From the NCBI GenBank assembly GCA_013265495.1, contig MU058844.1:10438184-10502183 (forward strand): DNA of 64,000 bases. Direction: 5' to 3'. Position numbers and translations under genes: made by a program. The notes under the pieces were generated by a model. It saw only the letters and a program-made list of their open reading frames with translations. It was not told where the DNA came from and did no database searches. The stretch is from Vicugna vicugna (taxonomy: Eukaryota). Shown here in pieces: positions 1 through 14,329 of the stretch (position 1 is the stretch's first letter; each line of letters opens with the position of its first letter).

Positions 1-1597
1 TTCCAGGATAATTGCTCAGTTCCAAAGGATTCGGTGCTATCATTCCTTTTGTTCAAGTATGTATACAAATTATTCTGTCAGTGTGTTTATCCAAATATTT
101 CTGAATTCTTGGAAAAAGCATATTGCGTTGGAGAGATCGCAACATGTGGGTGATTGCCTTCTGTTTTATAATCTTATCTCTCCCTTCCCAGAATCTCAAT
201 AGGTGATTTGACTGTAGGAAATTCTGAGTGTGTTTATAAATAAACATTCCCACAAGAACGAGTAAGATAACTTATTTTAAAAGTTTCAAAAGGGCTTCTG
301 GCTATAATGCTTTTAGACTTCATTTCAGACCCTCTAAATTATTAATCACTGCTTTTCATTCTTTGGGAGGAGGAATTTGAGACTGAGAGTGATCCATGTT
401 CATTATGTGAGATAGGGAAGTTTTGCTGGTTTGGTGCTGAAGAAACAGGGCTTTACTGCATTTATATAGTGTTTCTTTAAGCATACTGTGTATGAGAGTT
501 CTTGAAAATCCTGTGTTTCTCATTAGAATCTATAATGAAATTGACTGTGATAAAATGGGAAGTAGTTAACAGAAGTTATTTCTGTGTACAGGAGAATTTT
601 TCAAACTATTTTTAAGCAGAAGGAATGTTTTTGAATAAAAGTGAATAAATTTGCTGTTAAAATGGTTTAAAAATTTTATAGGACAGTCTTAGGAAATATT
701 AAATTAGAGAATTTGCATTTGTACTTAAGGTCCCATTATGTAGATATTACTGACAAGAGACCTAAGGATCCAGAACCAATACTGGATGAGGTCTCTGCCT
801 TTGGAAACCTTAAAACCTAAGTAAGTAGATAGGATTTGCAACATGAAAGAAAGGAACAATGCTATACAGTACGTAATGAAGAACTAAAACTAATTAAAAA
901 TGGAAAGTTCATAATCTGTTTTTACATTTGAAATAATCAGACAAGGTTTTGGTCAATAAATATTCAATAAATGGAAAGTGTCTACTACATGAGAGAATTG
1001 GATACTTGTCTGAATTAGCGTGGAGAAGTAAGGAGAAAGTGATTCCAGTGGAAACAGCATTGACCAAAGAAATCTATACTAGTACCTAACTGTGAGGATT
1101 CAATGATATAATCCTAATAAAGTATTAGAATAATGCCTAGTGCATCGTTAATATCCAGTAAAAGTTAGCTATTGCTATTATTATTAGCATGCACATCTGA
1201 GTGTTCTTTGATGGGAGTTATAATAATGTTAAAACATTTACTAAGTTGCTTTTTGCATCACTGTTCTTAGCTTTTTGCATATGTTATTTCCTTTAATCTT
1301 TACAATTTTATGGGACATAATTATTGATGTTATCCCTATTTACAGATGGAAAGAAAAAACTGAAGCATAGAGCAGATAAGTATGTTGCCCAAACATCTTA
1401 AGAAGTTCAAGAATTAACATAGGATTAGATTGAGTCATTGGGTGTAGCTGAAGAAAGGCAGTGAGTATTAGATTGTTTAAATCTGATAATAGTTGAAAGC
1501 CAAATATAGCTATATTAGGTTATTTGTTTCCTTTGATTATCCATTTCTTCTCTAGGAGTATAAGCAATAATCTGTGGGCTACTGAGCTTAAAGTGTG

Positions 1598-2170
1598 ATG
1601 TTTATAGCCAAGATATGGAAACAACCTAAATGTCCATCAACAGATGACTGGATAAAAAAGTTATGGTATATTTATACAATGGAATACTACTCAGCCATAA
1701 AAAACAATAAAATAATGCCATTTGCAGCAACAAGCAACATGGATGGACCTGGAGATCATCATTCTAAGTGAAGTAAGCCAGAAAGAGAAAGAAAAATACC
1801 ATATATGTGGAATCTAAAAAACAAACAAACAAACAAAAAGGCAAACTTACTTATAAAACAGAAATAGACTCACAGACATAGAAAACAAACTTATGGTTAC
1901 CAGGCAGGGAAGGAGGTGGAAAGGGATAAATTGGGAGTTCGAGATTTGCAGATACAAACTACTTATATAAAATAAATAAACAACAAGTTCTTACAGAATA
2001 GCACAGGGAACTATATTCAATATCTTGTAGTAACTTATGAAAAAGAATATGAAAACAAATGTATGTATGTTCATGTATGACTGAAGCATTATGCTGTACA
2101 CCAGAAATTGACACATTGTAAACTGACTATACTTCAAAATATATATCACACACACACACACACACACACA
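1598..2170 (+). mobile_element. 5'-truncated L1 (ORF2 end plus 3' UTR) with (CA)n tail
   Basis: Typical L1 3' sequence (aacaacctaaatgtccatcaacagatgactggataaa...). The direct repeat aaagtgtg at 1590-1597 and 2171-2178 is a probable TSD. Confidence 0.9.
2147..2170. repeat. (CA)n microsatellite
   Basis: About 12 CA units in the L1 tail. Confidence 0.95.
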
Positions 2171-5100
2171 AAAGTGTGTTTATTTTTCCAACTTCAGCAC
2201 TATTCTTATTTAAAAGCTATCATTGATACATTTAAGAAAGAATATATTTTACATATTTGTCTCCTTTGGTAGTTCCTTCTGAGGATAGTCTTTTTCCCTA
2301 CACTGGTGGCTAGTTTGTTTCCCTAGCATTGCTTGTGTGACTCATGCTGAGGAATTTTTATGTTATAAATACCCAAGCCCAGTACTCTCAATTGCTAAGC
2401 ATTAAAACAAGTATAAATAGGTTGAGACCTGAGTTGTAGATAATAAAAAAAAGTGTTTAATATAAAACTGTGGGAAGAATTTTCACCTAAAATTTATATG
2501 ATCCTGGAATCTTTCTTACTAAGTTCAGTAACTTAAAAGAAAAAAAAAAATCCAGTGGGGGAAAGCCAGATGTTGATGGAAAATGATAATAACAAAAGTT
2601 GTTATATTCAAGGATAATTGCACAATTAATGAGTTACCTGTTTGAACAGTTAAGGAATATGGGGATACCCTCCTCCTTACTCATTCAAAAAATAATTAGA
2701 CAACTTGCTGAAAATATTTATGAATAAGTTTCTGTGGTAGAATTGGACTCATAGCAGTAATAAGCTTTAAATTAGTAACAGCTGATATTACGGATTGGCA
2801 CCACTTTGAAGTCTTAAGGTTTTCCTTTTAAGCTAGATCCTCAGCTTGTCTGGAAATCCTTTTTGTATTTTTATTTCACTCACTTTTGTATTTTCTACAA
2901 ATAGCTTTTTAAAATTTTTAATCCATCTATACCCACTACCTTATCCTAAACCTTTACCCATGTTTGTCAGCAGAGGTTACACAGTTACTGCTCAGAGAAA
3001 CTAGAGAACCCTCTCTCAGAGCACTCTCAATTTTTGCCTGTTATCATCCAGTTTATCTGCATTTTGAGCCATCTTGAGAGCTTCCCCTGCAGTTTTAGTA
3101 GAAAAGGTTTATTTTAGCCTTTGATCTCTACCTTGGTCGTTCCCTTCCTCTTGTATATCCCACAAATATTTCAAATGCTCAACACCAAACTCCTCATCAT
3201 TTCTCCTCTTTTTAAATTATCTACGTGCAAGAATGATACCATGAACTAGGAGTCATCTTGTTACTGCTACTTCACTGCTTTTGGCTCTTTCCAGTGCAGT
3301 CAGATTCCACTTGTTTGCCGTGTCTGTCCACGATGCATATCTACTTGCATTTTCTTAGCTCTGACTCACTGCACAACCCTAATATGTGGGTACTGCTGTT
3401 CCCATTTTACAAGATCACACAGCTAATTAATATTATCAGTAGTTTTCTCCAAATGCATTAATTCAAATGTATTTAAGTAATTATTCTACCAGGAGAATAT
3501 GTTTTCTGGTAGTGGTCAAGAGAATTTTAAAAATGAATAATAATGAAGGAAATGGCTAGATACTACCAGATAGTATTAACTTTTAATGATGAAACTAATA
3601 TGATTTGGCTTTTAACATAGGTAGATCAATGGAACAGAATAGAAAGCTAAACCATAGCCATGTGTAAAAATACATAATAAAGATAGCAGTTTTGAATTGG
3701 TGGTGAGGAGATAGGAGTTGCTCAGAGCTCCTAGGTATGAAACCTAGAGGGGATGCTGAACTCCTCCCAGAACATTGCTCATTCAACCTACTGCCGGTGT
3801 TGCGGTTCTGGGTTATTCCATGTCTGTGCCTAGAACAATTGCTTTTCATTTAAAAAAAAAATCATTAGATTCCAAACTCACTCACTATACAAGAAATTAA
3901 ACCTGAGTTAACAAAGTTTAAAAATGAGATGGTAAAATTAGAAAATATGTATGTTAATTAGATCTTAAAGTGGGAAAACATTTTGTTAACATAAAACCAC
4001 AGGAAGAAAATTTCAAAAGGAAAACAAAATTAAACAGAATTGAAAAGTGTGCTAGAAAAAAATTGACAATGTATGCCAGATAAAGATTACTATCTTATTA
4101 TATGAAGAGCTTTTGGAAATACTAAGAAAATGAATAAACCAGTATTAAAATCGAGAGAAGATATCGGTGAAGAAAGTGAAGAGACATAAAGTAATACATA
4201 TTGCCAATGAAAAGAGAACACACTCATCCTGCTAACTAGAGTTCAGTGAAACCATTATTTGTCTAATATGTTTGGAGAGAGTTTAAAAAAATAACAGTAA
4301 GGATGAGACCACCTTAACTTTCTTGAAGGAAAAATTGGCAGCATGTTTAAAGAACTGCAAAAATTAGAAGTAGGCACAAAAATTTATTTGAAAGGCAGTT
4401 TAGCCTGTATGTCCCACAACATAGAGCTGGTCAAACAAATCATGCTGTATTCATAATTCATAATAATACCGTGCAGCTGCTAATATTTTTGTTGAAAATG
4501 AAGAGATGAGCTAAGTAGATCTCAGAATAAGATGCCTGCAATTAATCTGGATTTTAAAAGGAAGAAGTTCTACTACAATAATTTGTACCAAACTGATGAC
4601 AGTTTGGTTTATTTTATTTTAAGATAAAGGGTGATTTTAAATTTCTTCTTTTCTCTACTTTAAAATTTTTCCTGTAATGTACGTTAATTTAGCAGTTAGG
4701 AAAAATATCATCTTCTGTTTAAATAAAAAGTACCCAACTATAGTTTTTAAGTTATTATTATTTATTGAGTTTGCTGAAAGTGAGAATGCTGCTTCTCTAA
4801 TCATGAATATTGCTGTTCAGAGAACTTGACACTACTACCCCCTGAGATCTGATGGGATCCCAGCACAGGGTAGTGTGGTTGGATCATCCGTGGCTGAGTC
4901 ATATCTGATAGTATTGGTGTAGAATTTTAATGGCAGGGAAGGTACTTTAAAATTGTGGAAGAATGAAATTCTGCTTTCGTTTCCTGGTTTTTGGAGAGTT
5001 ACATGTTCGGATTCTTTACAAATCAGTTTTCTTTTTTGTGTGAAATGCTACCCTTGGTGCAAACTCAGCTTTTAAATGCATAAAATCAAGTATGTTACCA

Positions 5101-6948
5101 AGTTAGAAAGCATAACTAATTCAGTAAGATCAATGAAACTGATTGCTAATTTACAAAGTTAATCAGGGTATTTAATAATTAGTCTTAGAAATTCATACAT
5201 TTTAAGTCATTCCGTTTAGTCCCCAAACTTTCTAGTTTAGGACTGTGTGTGTAGGTGTAGCAATTTTCAATCATTGTATTATATACATCTATGTGGCTTT
5301 TTAGCTACCCGATGAGAAGAGAGCAGCCATTTATTTTGCTCAGTTCTTTTCACATAGGGATTCTTATTAATTTGATCTTACTTCAGTTTTTGTTACATTG
5401 GAAAGTTTCTTTTGTTTAACCATTTTAAATAAACCTCTTGGCTTGGGAGCAGAGAGGGAAGGTAAGGAAAAGCTAGGCAGAGGGTGAGTGATGACAGAGT
5501 GGTATATGCTAGATAAAGGACTAATGGAGGATGAAAAAGGGTATTACCAGAGAGGGAAGCAGATAAGGAAGCAGCAGCACTGATAGGATTGGCATGGTCT
5601 CTCTGAAGAACACTGAGTAGAATCTATCTTAACTCCCCTAATACCTTTCCTGGACAGAATAACTTGCATTTTGGAGAGCACAGGCACTTACCCTTTCATG
5701 GTTTGTAAGTGTGTGATCCCAAATACAGACTTCTTTCCTTTTCATAGAGCTATATATAATTTTTTCTTTTCCCTTAAAGCTTTGCTAAGATTGCTTAATT
5801 GATTTTCTTTTAAATGGGAAGGGAAATCAGCATACTTCTAGAGCCACATTTATATGACTTATTGTACATCAATACAATTAAACTTACTTGGCTTTTGAAG
5901 TTTCATTTTATTCTGTTATAATTCTGTTCCTCATTCTGATTTATATGAAGAAAGTGTTGCATTATTCCCTAGTGTTAGAGTTTTATAGAGAAGTAATTAT
6001 ACTTTAAAAAAATTATTGAAAAACTGAAACACCTAAGGAATTTGTGTGGATTCTTTATATTAAGATCAGATGTGCACAGATTACATAGGCTGAGGCATTT
6101 GGAAAGAAGAACGTGATAGTACATTTTTTGGGAGGAATTCTGAAAATTAAGGGAACTAGTATTTTTTAATGGTTTTTGTGAACTAGTGTCAATGGTGTTT
6201 GAAGATGAATGAATTATCATTTGTAAGACCCTTCACTTAAGAGAACAAATGTGAAAAAAGAGAAAGGAATGTGAAGCAATCTCTAGTGAGCTCTTCCAAG
6301 AATTAGATAGCATTCTACACAGTTTATTCTGTCAGATTATAAAAGTGTCAAAACTTATCTTAAGCATTTGTTTTTCTAAATTAATTTTAACAGTTTTTAA
6401 TGTATTTGAAATATTTTTTTAAAGTTGTATTTTCTTGTTTGGTTCAGTGTGCATAGTTTGAGGTAAATAATAGTTGTGATGATTGTCTATTGTGCTTAGG
6501 TATACCCCTAGTGTCCAAGAATTCTTATTAACATAAGTAAAAAGCCCCATGGAATATGCTCTTCTCCGTATATTAAAAGCATTTTAAAATATTTTAATAA
6601 AAATTGTGTTTAAAGTAGGCAAATGGTATGTTGGTTGCTTTTTTGGATTCCTGAATTTTGTGGAATTCTGCTTTATAAAATTGATAGGGAAAAGCTACCA
6701 TGAAATGGATCCTTTTTAGCTATTTCAGTCTATGAACTTACTAAATGTTTGATATATTAAAGAACATTTTTTGGACTGATAAAAGTGTGCTTTATTAGTA
6801 AGTCAAATACCATGAATAGTTTTGCTGTTAGTGACATTTTCCAAAATGTTGAGCAACTTTTTAAAAATAAGATTACTAACAAACAACGTATTATATTCCC
6901 TGGATTTAAAAGGTAGTTGTCTTCCTGGAAAAATCAATACATATTTTA

Positions 6949-7107
6949 TTTATTTATTTATTTATTTACATATTTTATTGATTCCTAATCATTTTACAGT
7001 GTTGTGTCAGATTCCAGTGTTCAGCACAATTTTTTAGTCATTCATGGACATATACACACTCATTGTCACATTTTTTTCTCTGTGATTTATCATAACATTT
7101 TGTGTAA
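6949..7107 (-). mobile_element. Very short L1 3'-end insertion
   Basis: Reverse-complement similarity to the L1 3' UTR at 36300-36450, a (TTTA)n tail, and a perfect 20-bp TSD aaaaatcaatacatatttta (6929-6948 / 7108-7127). Confidence 0.88.
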
Positions 7108-9165
7108 AAAAATCAATACATATTTTAAAACCCTGGAACCTTCATCTCCCCATTCCCCTGTAAAATGTTTTTAGGCTCGAATAGTTATAAATAGATTTTT
7201 CATCTGCATGACTGTTCAGTATTACATTCTGTATTTGAATGGGATGTGGGTCATTTCTTTCTTAGAGGGGCTAATTTTTCAGATGCAAAATATCCATTCC
7301 ATGCTTCTCATCCATAAACAAGTAGTATTTCTTAGTCATCAATATGACCAAAAAATGCCTCCACTAAATTCCACGCCTTGTAGGGAATGGTATTGACTGA
7401 ATGAGAATCATTGGCCTAGAGCATTGTGGCCAGTGGAGATACTTGCTCCAGAGAGATAGTCAGAGAAGAATAATCCTCCCACTAGGCCTGAAGGCATGAA
7501 AGAACTTCAAAAACAAATAACTCCCAGTTGAGTGAGCTACAGGGTAAAGGGCTTTTTCAAGGAGCCAGCTAGGTTTCATTCTGCAGCTGAGGAGAACAAA
7601 ATGTTAATCAGCAAGAATTCCAGAGGGCACAAAGGAATGGAAGGGAGAGTAGGGACTCAGGGTTGGATCAGATTAGGGAACATACAGAGCAATATGGAAA
7701 TAAGAGTTTGTACAGTAATGAGTGAGACCTGGGGAGGTTTGGTCTGCTGTCAGTGACTGAAATAAACATGGACATGAGACCTGGTGGAATTCCTAGAAGT
7801 CAATTTAAAATGGAAAAAAAGATAAAAATGCCATTATACACAAAGTAAATGCACCTTTATATATCTATCATCCAGCTACAATAGTAGTCAACTCATAGCC
7901 ACTCTTTTTTCCTGTAACTTTGAGTAATTCTGTGTTCTGCAAAGTGACCCAGGACACTCACAGATAATCTGAAACCAAAGTTTCACAGACAAGTACTCAC
8001 TGATAACTCTCTGTTCTGTTCCTTCTCTTTTTCTTCATAAAAACTTTGGGTTGCAAAGCACTAAGTGGATTTTGTGACTGATAAATAGGTTACACCTGGT
8101 CCTTAGAAAATGGAGTTTTGGGTTTGTAGTTAGACTGCTTGGGTTGGAGTTCTGACAGTGTTCCTCAACAACTTCGTGTCCTTAGGCCAGTTACTTAATT
8201 CTAATCCTCACACTCCTCTTATGTAAAATAGTACACACCTCCTAAGGTTTTTGTGAAAATTACCTGTATTTGAAATACTAGGTGTTAATGCTTAACCATG
8301 CTCTACCCACCTAGAAAATACTCAGTTACTAGCAGATGCTGTTACTACTTTAAGTGACCAACCTGGGATTTGAATCTAGGTCTCTCTGATTCTAAAATTT
8401 TAGTTCTTGTCTTGTAATTTTTAATCTAACATATAATTTATAGACAATTATAACATTTAAAAAAGAAAATCTAGAGATAATGTTTATTTTTCTTTGTTAG
8501 TCATAGTTTTTTTTCCACTCTACATCAAATTGCAGACATTTTCCATTTTTTGAAAACAGTTTTCAAGTAATATTCCATCGTTTCATTCTCTAGAGGCAGA
8601 AATGTTGTGCTACATAGGAAAGATACTTATGAAGTTCTAGTTATTTAGTCAATGTGCAGTTAAATTTTATTGCTATTAAAAAAAACTTTATTATGGAAAT
8701 TTCAGTCACACACAAAAGTAAGGAGGATTGTGTAACGAAGTCACCTCTGTCCTATGTCCACATCCTTCAGCTTCAGCAGGGATCAGCTCCTGACCGGTTG
8801 CGTCTTAACCTATACCACCACGCACTACCCATTCTATCTCTGTTATTTTCAAGCAAATCTCAGATGACGTATTTTATTCTTAAATATTTCAGTATATATC
8901 TCTAAAGATTAAAGAATCTTTTTCAAACAAAGGAACAATATCACAGTCAAACCTTAATCTCATGAAACTCCTTAGACTTAATTTCAGATTTTATCATATA
9001 TTCATTGTTCAAACTGTCTCCTAAATGATAATTTAAAAAATAATTTCTTTGGATAAGGATGCCAGTGAGATCAGTATATTGGTATCTGTTCCTATATCCT
9101 TTGAGTTTCAAATGTGTGGGTCTCTTCTCCTTTACACTCTCTCTTCCCTTCTTACAATTTATTAG

Positions 9166-9337
9166 TTGTAGAACTGGCCATTTGTATTTTATAGTTATAG
9201 CAGGGGTCTTGTTTCTGTATAATAAAGAGCTAAAAATGGTTTTTACATTTTTGAAGTATTTAAAAAAAAAGCAACAGACCTTACGTAGCCCCAGATGACA
9301 ATATTTGCTCCTTAGTCCTTTACAGTTTTCCAGCACC
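9166..9337. mobile_element. MER58-like hAT MITE remnant
   Basis: Resembles the recalled MER58A consensus (gagctaaaaatggtttttacatttttgaag...aatatttgctccttagtcctttacag). Confidence 0.55.
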
Positions 9338-9514
9338 TGCTTGGAGTTCCCACAGTCTGGTTTTTCACGATTGTATCTCCATCCTGTTGGCTAATGTTTT
9401 TCTGCCCTCTCTGTTTCCTATCATTGGCAGTTGGATCTAGACTCTTAATCAGGTTTAGGTTCAGTCTTGTTTTTATACTCATTATATTTATTCAGTACCT
9501 CCATGATATTTATT

Positions 9515-10310
9515 TTTTTGTAAATCATTTATTAAGGTATCTTTTACGTATAATAACGTGCTACTGTTTTAAGAGTGTGATTTGATGAATTTTGACAAAT
9601 GTACACAACTGGGTAAACCACCATGAGAATCCGGATATAGAACATTTCATCACTCCTGCTCCCTTTCTGGTCCGGCCCCTCCCCTCAGGTACAGCTCCTG
9701 ACAACCACTGATCTGCTCTCCGTCACTGATTTTGCTTTCTCTAGAATTTTATATAAACGGAATCATACACTATATAGTCTTCATTTCTGGTGTCCTCCAC
9801 TTAGCATAATGTTTCTGAGATTCATTCATTTTGTGACTGAGTAGTATTCCACTACATGGCTGCACTACTCTTTGGTTATCTGTTCACCAGTTGATGTACA
9901 TTTGGACTTACTTCCAGTTTTGGGCTATTATGAAAACTGATTTTTTTGCAAGTTTTTATAGAAGTTTTAAGTGAATATGTTTTTATTTCTCTTGGTAAAT
10001 AACTGGGAGTAGAATTGCTGGGTCATATGATAAGTGTATATTTAAATTTATAAGAACTGCCAAACTTTTCCCCATGTGACCGTACCACTGTTAGTTCCTA
10101 TTCGCAATATACGAGATGCTCAGTTGTTTCAAATCCTCATTAACCCTTTAATTTTAGTCAGTCTTTAATTTTATTATTCAAGTAGGTGTGTAGCCCATTG
10201 TTTTCACTTGCATTCCCCTCATAACTAATGATACGAGCCTTTTTTCATGTGTTTATTTGCCATCCCTGTAGTTTCTTTGGTGGAGTGTCTTCCAATTTTT
10301 GCCCATTTTT
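9515..10310 (-). mobile_element. Old L1 (L1MB-like) 3' fragment
   Basis: Antisense L1 3' UTR/ORF2-end motifs (gaattttgacaaatgtacac...; ggagtagaattgctgggtcatatg). Confidence 0.75.
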
Positions 10311-12894
10311 TAATGATGCACTGAAATTTATCTGGGTATGTGAATAAATCCAGTGTCATATATTTTTTTAAATATAGGTACTCAGTTATCCCCAAACTAC
10401 ATATTTAAAAAAAGACCATCCTTTCCCCCGGTGTGAGTTTCCACTTGTACTGTAAACACAATTTGTCTTTGTATTTGGATCTATTTCTGAACTTTCTGTT
10501 GTGTTCCTATGAAGTACAGCTTTTTAAAGTCCTAACTAATAGTACCTAAAAAAAAAAAAAAGAAACACCCACCCAGTTTCTTTTTTAAAATTTGGTTACT
10601 TTGTCAGATCTGTAGCAAAAATCTGAATAATTTTTATAGCATGTAAAAATAGCTTCTTTTTTTTTCAACATTGGTATGTTGGTATTAGCAATGAAAATAA
10701 TACATTTTCTTTTTGTTCTGAGGTTTTATTTGCTAAAATATTAGAACTCTAAAATGTATCTTTGGGAAAAGGGAAGAGCTTGATGAGAATTAGTGATGCT
10801 TATTATTTCATAAAATCTCCATTTTTGGTTTCAATTTCAAATAATTGTTAACCCAGTTCTCATGCAACTTCCTGTCTAATCCTGTCTAAAAGGAGAGAAT
10901 AACTTACATGTTTACATTTATCTATAAATGAGATCTGAGAAAGACAGGAGATTCAGTTTCACATTGTTGATGTAAGTATAATATAAAATCAGTAACTATT
11001 TTCTTCTCATATTTTTCTTTTGCAGATAAAAAGCTTATAATTCAGAAAGAATCTTTTAAAAAATATTTAGAGGGTTTTTTTGGTTCTTTTTTGCTAGTAC
11101 TTGTTTAAATAGCAGCTCTCTCTCCCTTAAGGATACCAGCCAACTCTGTGCTCAGAGAATTATTAATCTTTGCAAGAAATAGAAATAGAGAATATCTTTA
11201 CCCACCTTTGTCCATTAACTCAGCTCTTTTTTGCTTTCATTCTTTTCTTATTTCTCACCATTTTGACCAAATAGTTCCTCCAGGTGTATTTATCCCAGTT
11301 AAGTAAGAAAGCTTAAAGAATCTGTAAGATGCTTGTTGCTAAAAGAACCGTACTGGTTTCTAGAAGAACTTTGGAGGGAAATTGTGATTCATCCTGTAGT
11401 CCCTGTTCCAAAAGCTTCCTGGAAAGTAAGATGTACACACTCTCCACAGAGATAGTATGTGTGAAGTATGTGTGATAAATAGGTTCTCGGGTCAGTGGGT
11501 AAGAGTGTTGTGAAGGAAAGAGCATTCAGAATTTTGACTTGGGGTGCCATAGTCCATCTCCTGACTTGTCTCGTCTTGGTAACTCATTCATTCATTTAGC
11601 AAACATTCACTGGTTTATTTTCTTTATCTTACTTTTAATGTGCTGGCAAGGGAGTCTGTACTACTCTCTGACTTAAGAATTTTGGCTTCATGCTATTGAC
11701 ATTTGACCCTGTGGTCAGGGGGTTTTGCAGTCTAGGTGCTAGAGAATGATTGTTTGCACAGAGTAGAAGACTGGATGAGACCGCTCTTTATTCTTTCCAG
11801 ATCTCATACTCTTGTTGACCTCTTGTCTCAGTACTATGTATTAAAGAATTTCTTTACTTCTTTCTCTTTTCCAAGATCTTTATCATACAGTTTTCAATAT
11901 TGTGGTTTTATACGCTTTAATGTTAACTAGAGTGAGTGTTCTGTCATAACTTTCCTTAAAAAGCAGTTTTTCTGGAGGTATTTACTCATCCAGATGATCC
12001 ACCTTTCCTTTCCAAGTAAATTCAACTTATGAATTGATTTATAGGCTATTGATACCTTAACAATGTTAATTTTTCCCTTAATTTAAGAATAGGTTTTAGT
12101 TTATATCCCTCAGTAAAGTTTTTTTTGATATCTGTTTATTTTTATTGAAGTTCTGTAAAGTTTTATAGTTTTTTAGTTTTTTTATGGTTACTACTAAAAT
12201 TATATAAGCTACCTAGCTATTGATGTTACTTTGAGAGGTTACTAATTTTTGTATACTTAATGAAAAACCATCTTAAAGAACTCTAATAATTCTGAAATAT
12301 TTTTAGGTTGACAAAATTGTATCATTTGAAATGATGAGAAATTTGCCTTTCTAATGCTGAAATCTCTTATTCTTCTTCCCTAGTTTTATTAGATAGCACT
12401 TTCAGCATGATATTAACACCTGTGTTGATAGTGGTCATCAGTTATCTTAATTTTGGCTTTGTTTTTGAATTTTGTTGATATTTTGCCTAAAACATGATAC
12501 TCTCTATTGGTTTGAGAAAGTCTTTTTAACAGTCTTAAGAGAGATTCTTTTTCTAATCAGGACTAATTTCTTAAAGTTTGCTACCCTTTACTAGATTTTG
12601 ATTGGTTCTGTTTTCCTCCTAGGTTATATAATTCTTCATAGGATCAAATTGCCTACTGTGTTCTTTAAGTAGTCTCTCCACTTTTGGTCCCTGTCCCTGT
12701 TAATCAGAGTTCTGAATTGCTATATACAGGCTCTTTCCCTCAAATCAGTTTTGATCATGTTTTACTTCTATTCCAGAGAATTATAACACTATAACATCTT
12801 TCCATGTTACGTAGTGAAAAGTCCAGACTTCTCAGGCCATTTATTATTTATGTTCCTTTGTGATCAGAGTATGTACCTTTCCAGTCCTCACTTC

Positions 12895-13160
12895 TGTCAA
12901 GAACTGTGAAGGTTCTGAGATCTTACCCTGCTTGAAAGTTAATGCATTGGCCTGCTATAGTTTAATGGATCCTGGCAGAAGACACTTGTCTCCGGGTCAG
13001 AGTCAAGGACAGTTTGTTACTCACAGAAATAGCAGAAGCCACAGTACTATCATTTTTCTTGTACCAGTTACCTAACCCCAGTTCCCCCAGGGTGAAGAGA
13101 TGAGGGCCAGGTGACACCTCTACACAGTTAGTTGCATTACAGGAGAGGACCCTGGACATT
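12895..13160. mobile_element. ERV LTR fragment
   Basis: Begins tgtcaagaactgtgaaggttctgagatcttaccctg, which resembles a recalled mammalian ERV LTR terminus. Subfamily not assigned. Confidence 0.5.
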
Positions 13161-14197
13161 CTCTGGAATCTCAGCCTACTTGTTTCATTAATTCACTCCT
13201 TCCATTCTGTCCCCCGACTTTCTCTCCACATCATCCTAACTTAAGACTCAAATAGATGCTTTCTTCCATACCTGCAACCATGGACCTTGTGTCTTTGAAT
13301 GTTCTGCTTATTTGCTATGTTCTCCTATTACACATGCCCCAGTGACCTTTCTTGGTTATCATAGCGGCCTCAGTCTTTCTTTTCTCTTTGCACAAGTTGT
13401 AAATCCTCTTGTTTTTTTCTGCCATTCTGTGCTGTCAGTGTCTTAGTGTTTATAGAGCGCCTGCAGAGATACTACTGATTTTTGTCTCTTATAGGATAGT
13501 GTATTGGTTAAGAATGTGTTTAGTTGCAAGGAACAGATGACCCACTTCACAATGGATGTAATGGGTAGAGTTTTGTTTCTGTTTATGGGTTTTCTTTTCA
13601 CGTAAAAAGTTTGGAGATAGATTACACAGGTATTGATTCAGCTTTTTAAACAGCACCCTTTCCTGTAAGCTTTTCCATATGCTCTTCTCATCATCAGAAA
13701 TACTTTTTTCCCCTATATATGCATTTCGAAATTAAACCCATCCTTTAAATTATAAGCTGGCCTACAGTCTTTGTAGACGACTTCCTCCCCAGGTGAAAAT
13801 ACTCATAAAGGTACTACTAAGCTAGAAAATGGCCTGTCTCAGTAAGTTATCCGCACACATGTCCATTTACTTGGTTTACCATGGACAGCCCATTTACTTG
13901 ATTAAGTAATAAAAAATTAGACTGAACCCTGCCTTTAAGCAAACCCTGTCACTGGTAGTTAGAGCCTAGAGAAAAGATACATTGGCAGGGGTGTGAATGT
14001 GGAGGTTTGGATTTTAAGCAGATAATTTAGTTTACATGAGTTAAATGAACCTGTTGTTGAAAGAAACACCTTTATTGTGTAAATTAGTTTCTGAATGCAC
14101 AAATACTTTGTAATGCTATCAAATGTTTCTTCATATACTGTCAAAACATTTTATTAGTATTATATGGAAATAAAATGGAAACTCTTCTTTCATTCAG

Positions 14198-14329
14198 TGC
14201 TTAGATGAATATGAAGATGACGAAGCTGGGCAGAAAGAGCGGAAACGAGAAGATGCAATTACACAACAGAACACGATGCAGAATGAGGCTGCAAGCTTAT
14301 TAGATCCAGGCAGTTCCTATCTGCTGCAA
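14198..14329 (+). CDS. PAWR: PAWR (Par-4) internal coding exon (human exon 3 equivalent), 132 nt, phase 0/0
   Basis: Acceptor ctttcattcAG and donor CAA|GTGAGT. Translates CLDEYEDDEAGQKERKREDAITQQNTMQNEAASLLDPGSSYLLQ, which matches the recalled Par-4 sequence (C-terminal part of the SAC region). Confidence 0.97.

Noticed and set aside
10970..11060. GTAAGT donor followed by a strong acceptor (ttttcttttgcAG, 11025)
   Set aside because: The spacing of ~54 nt is too short for a typical intron, the phase-0 frame stops within 11 codons, and there is no convincing exon partner.
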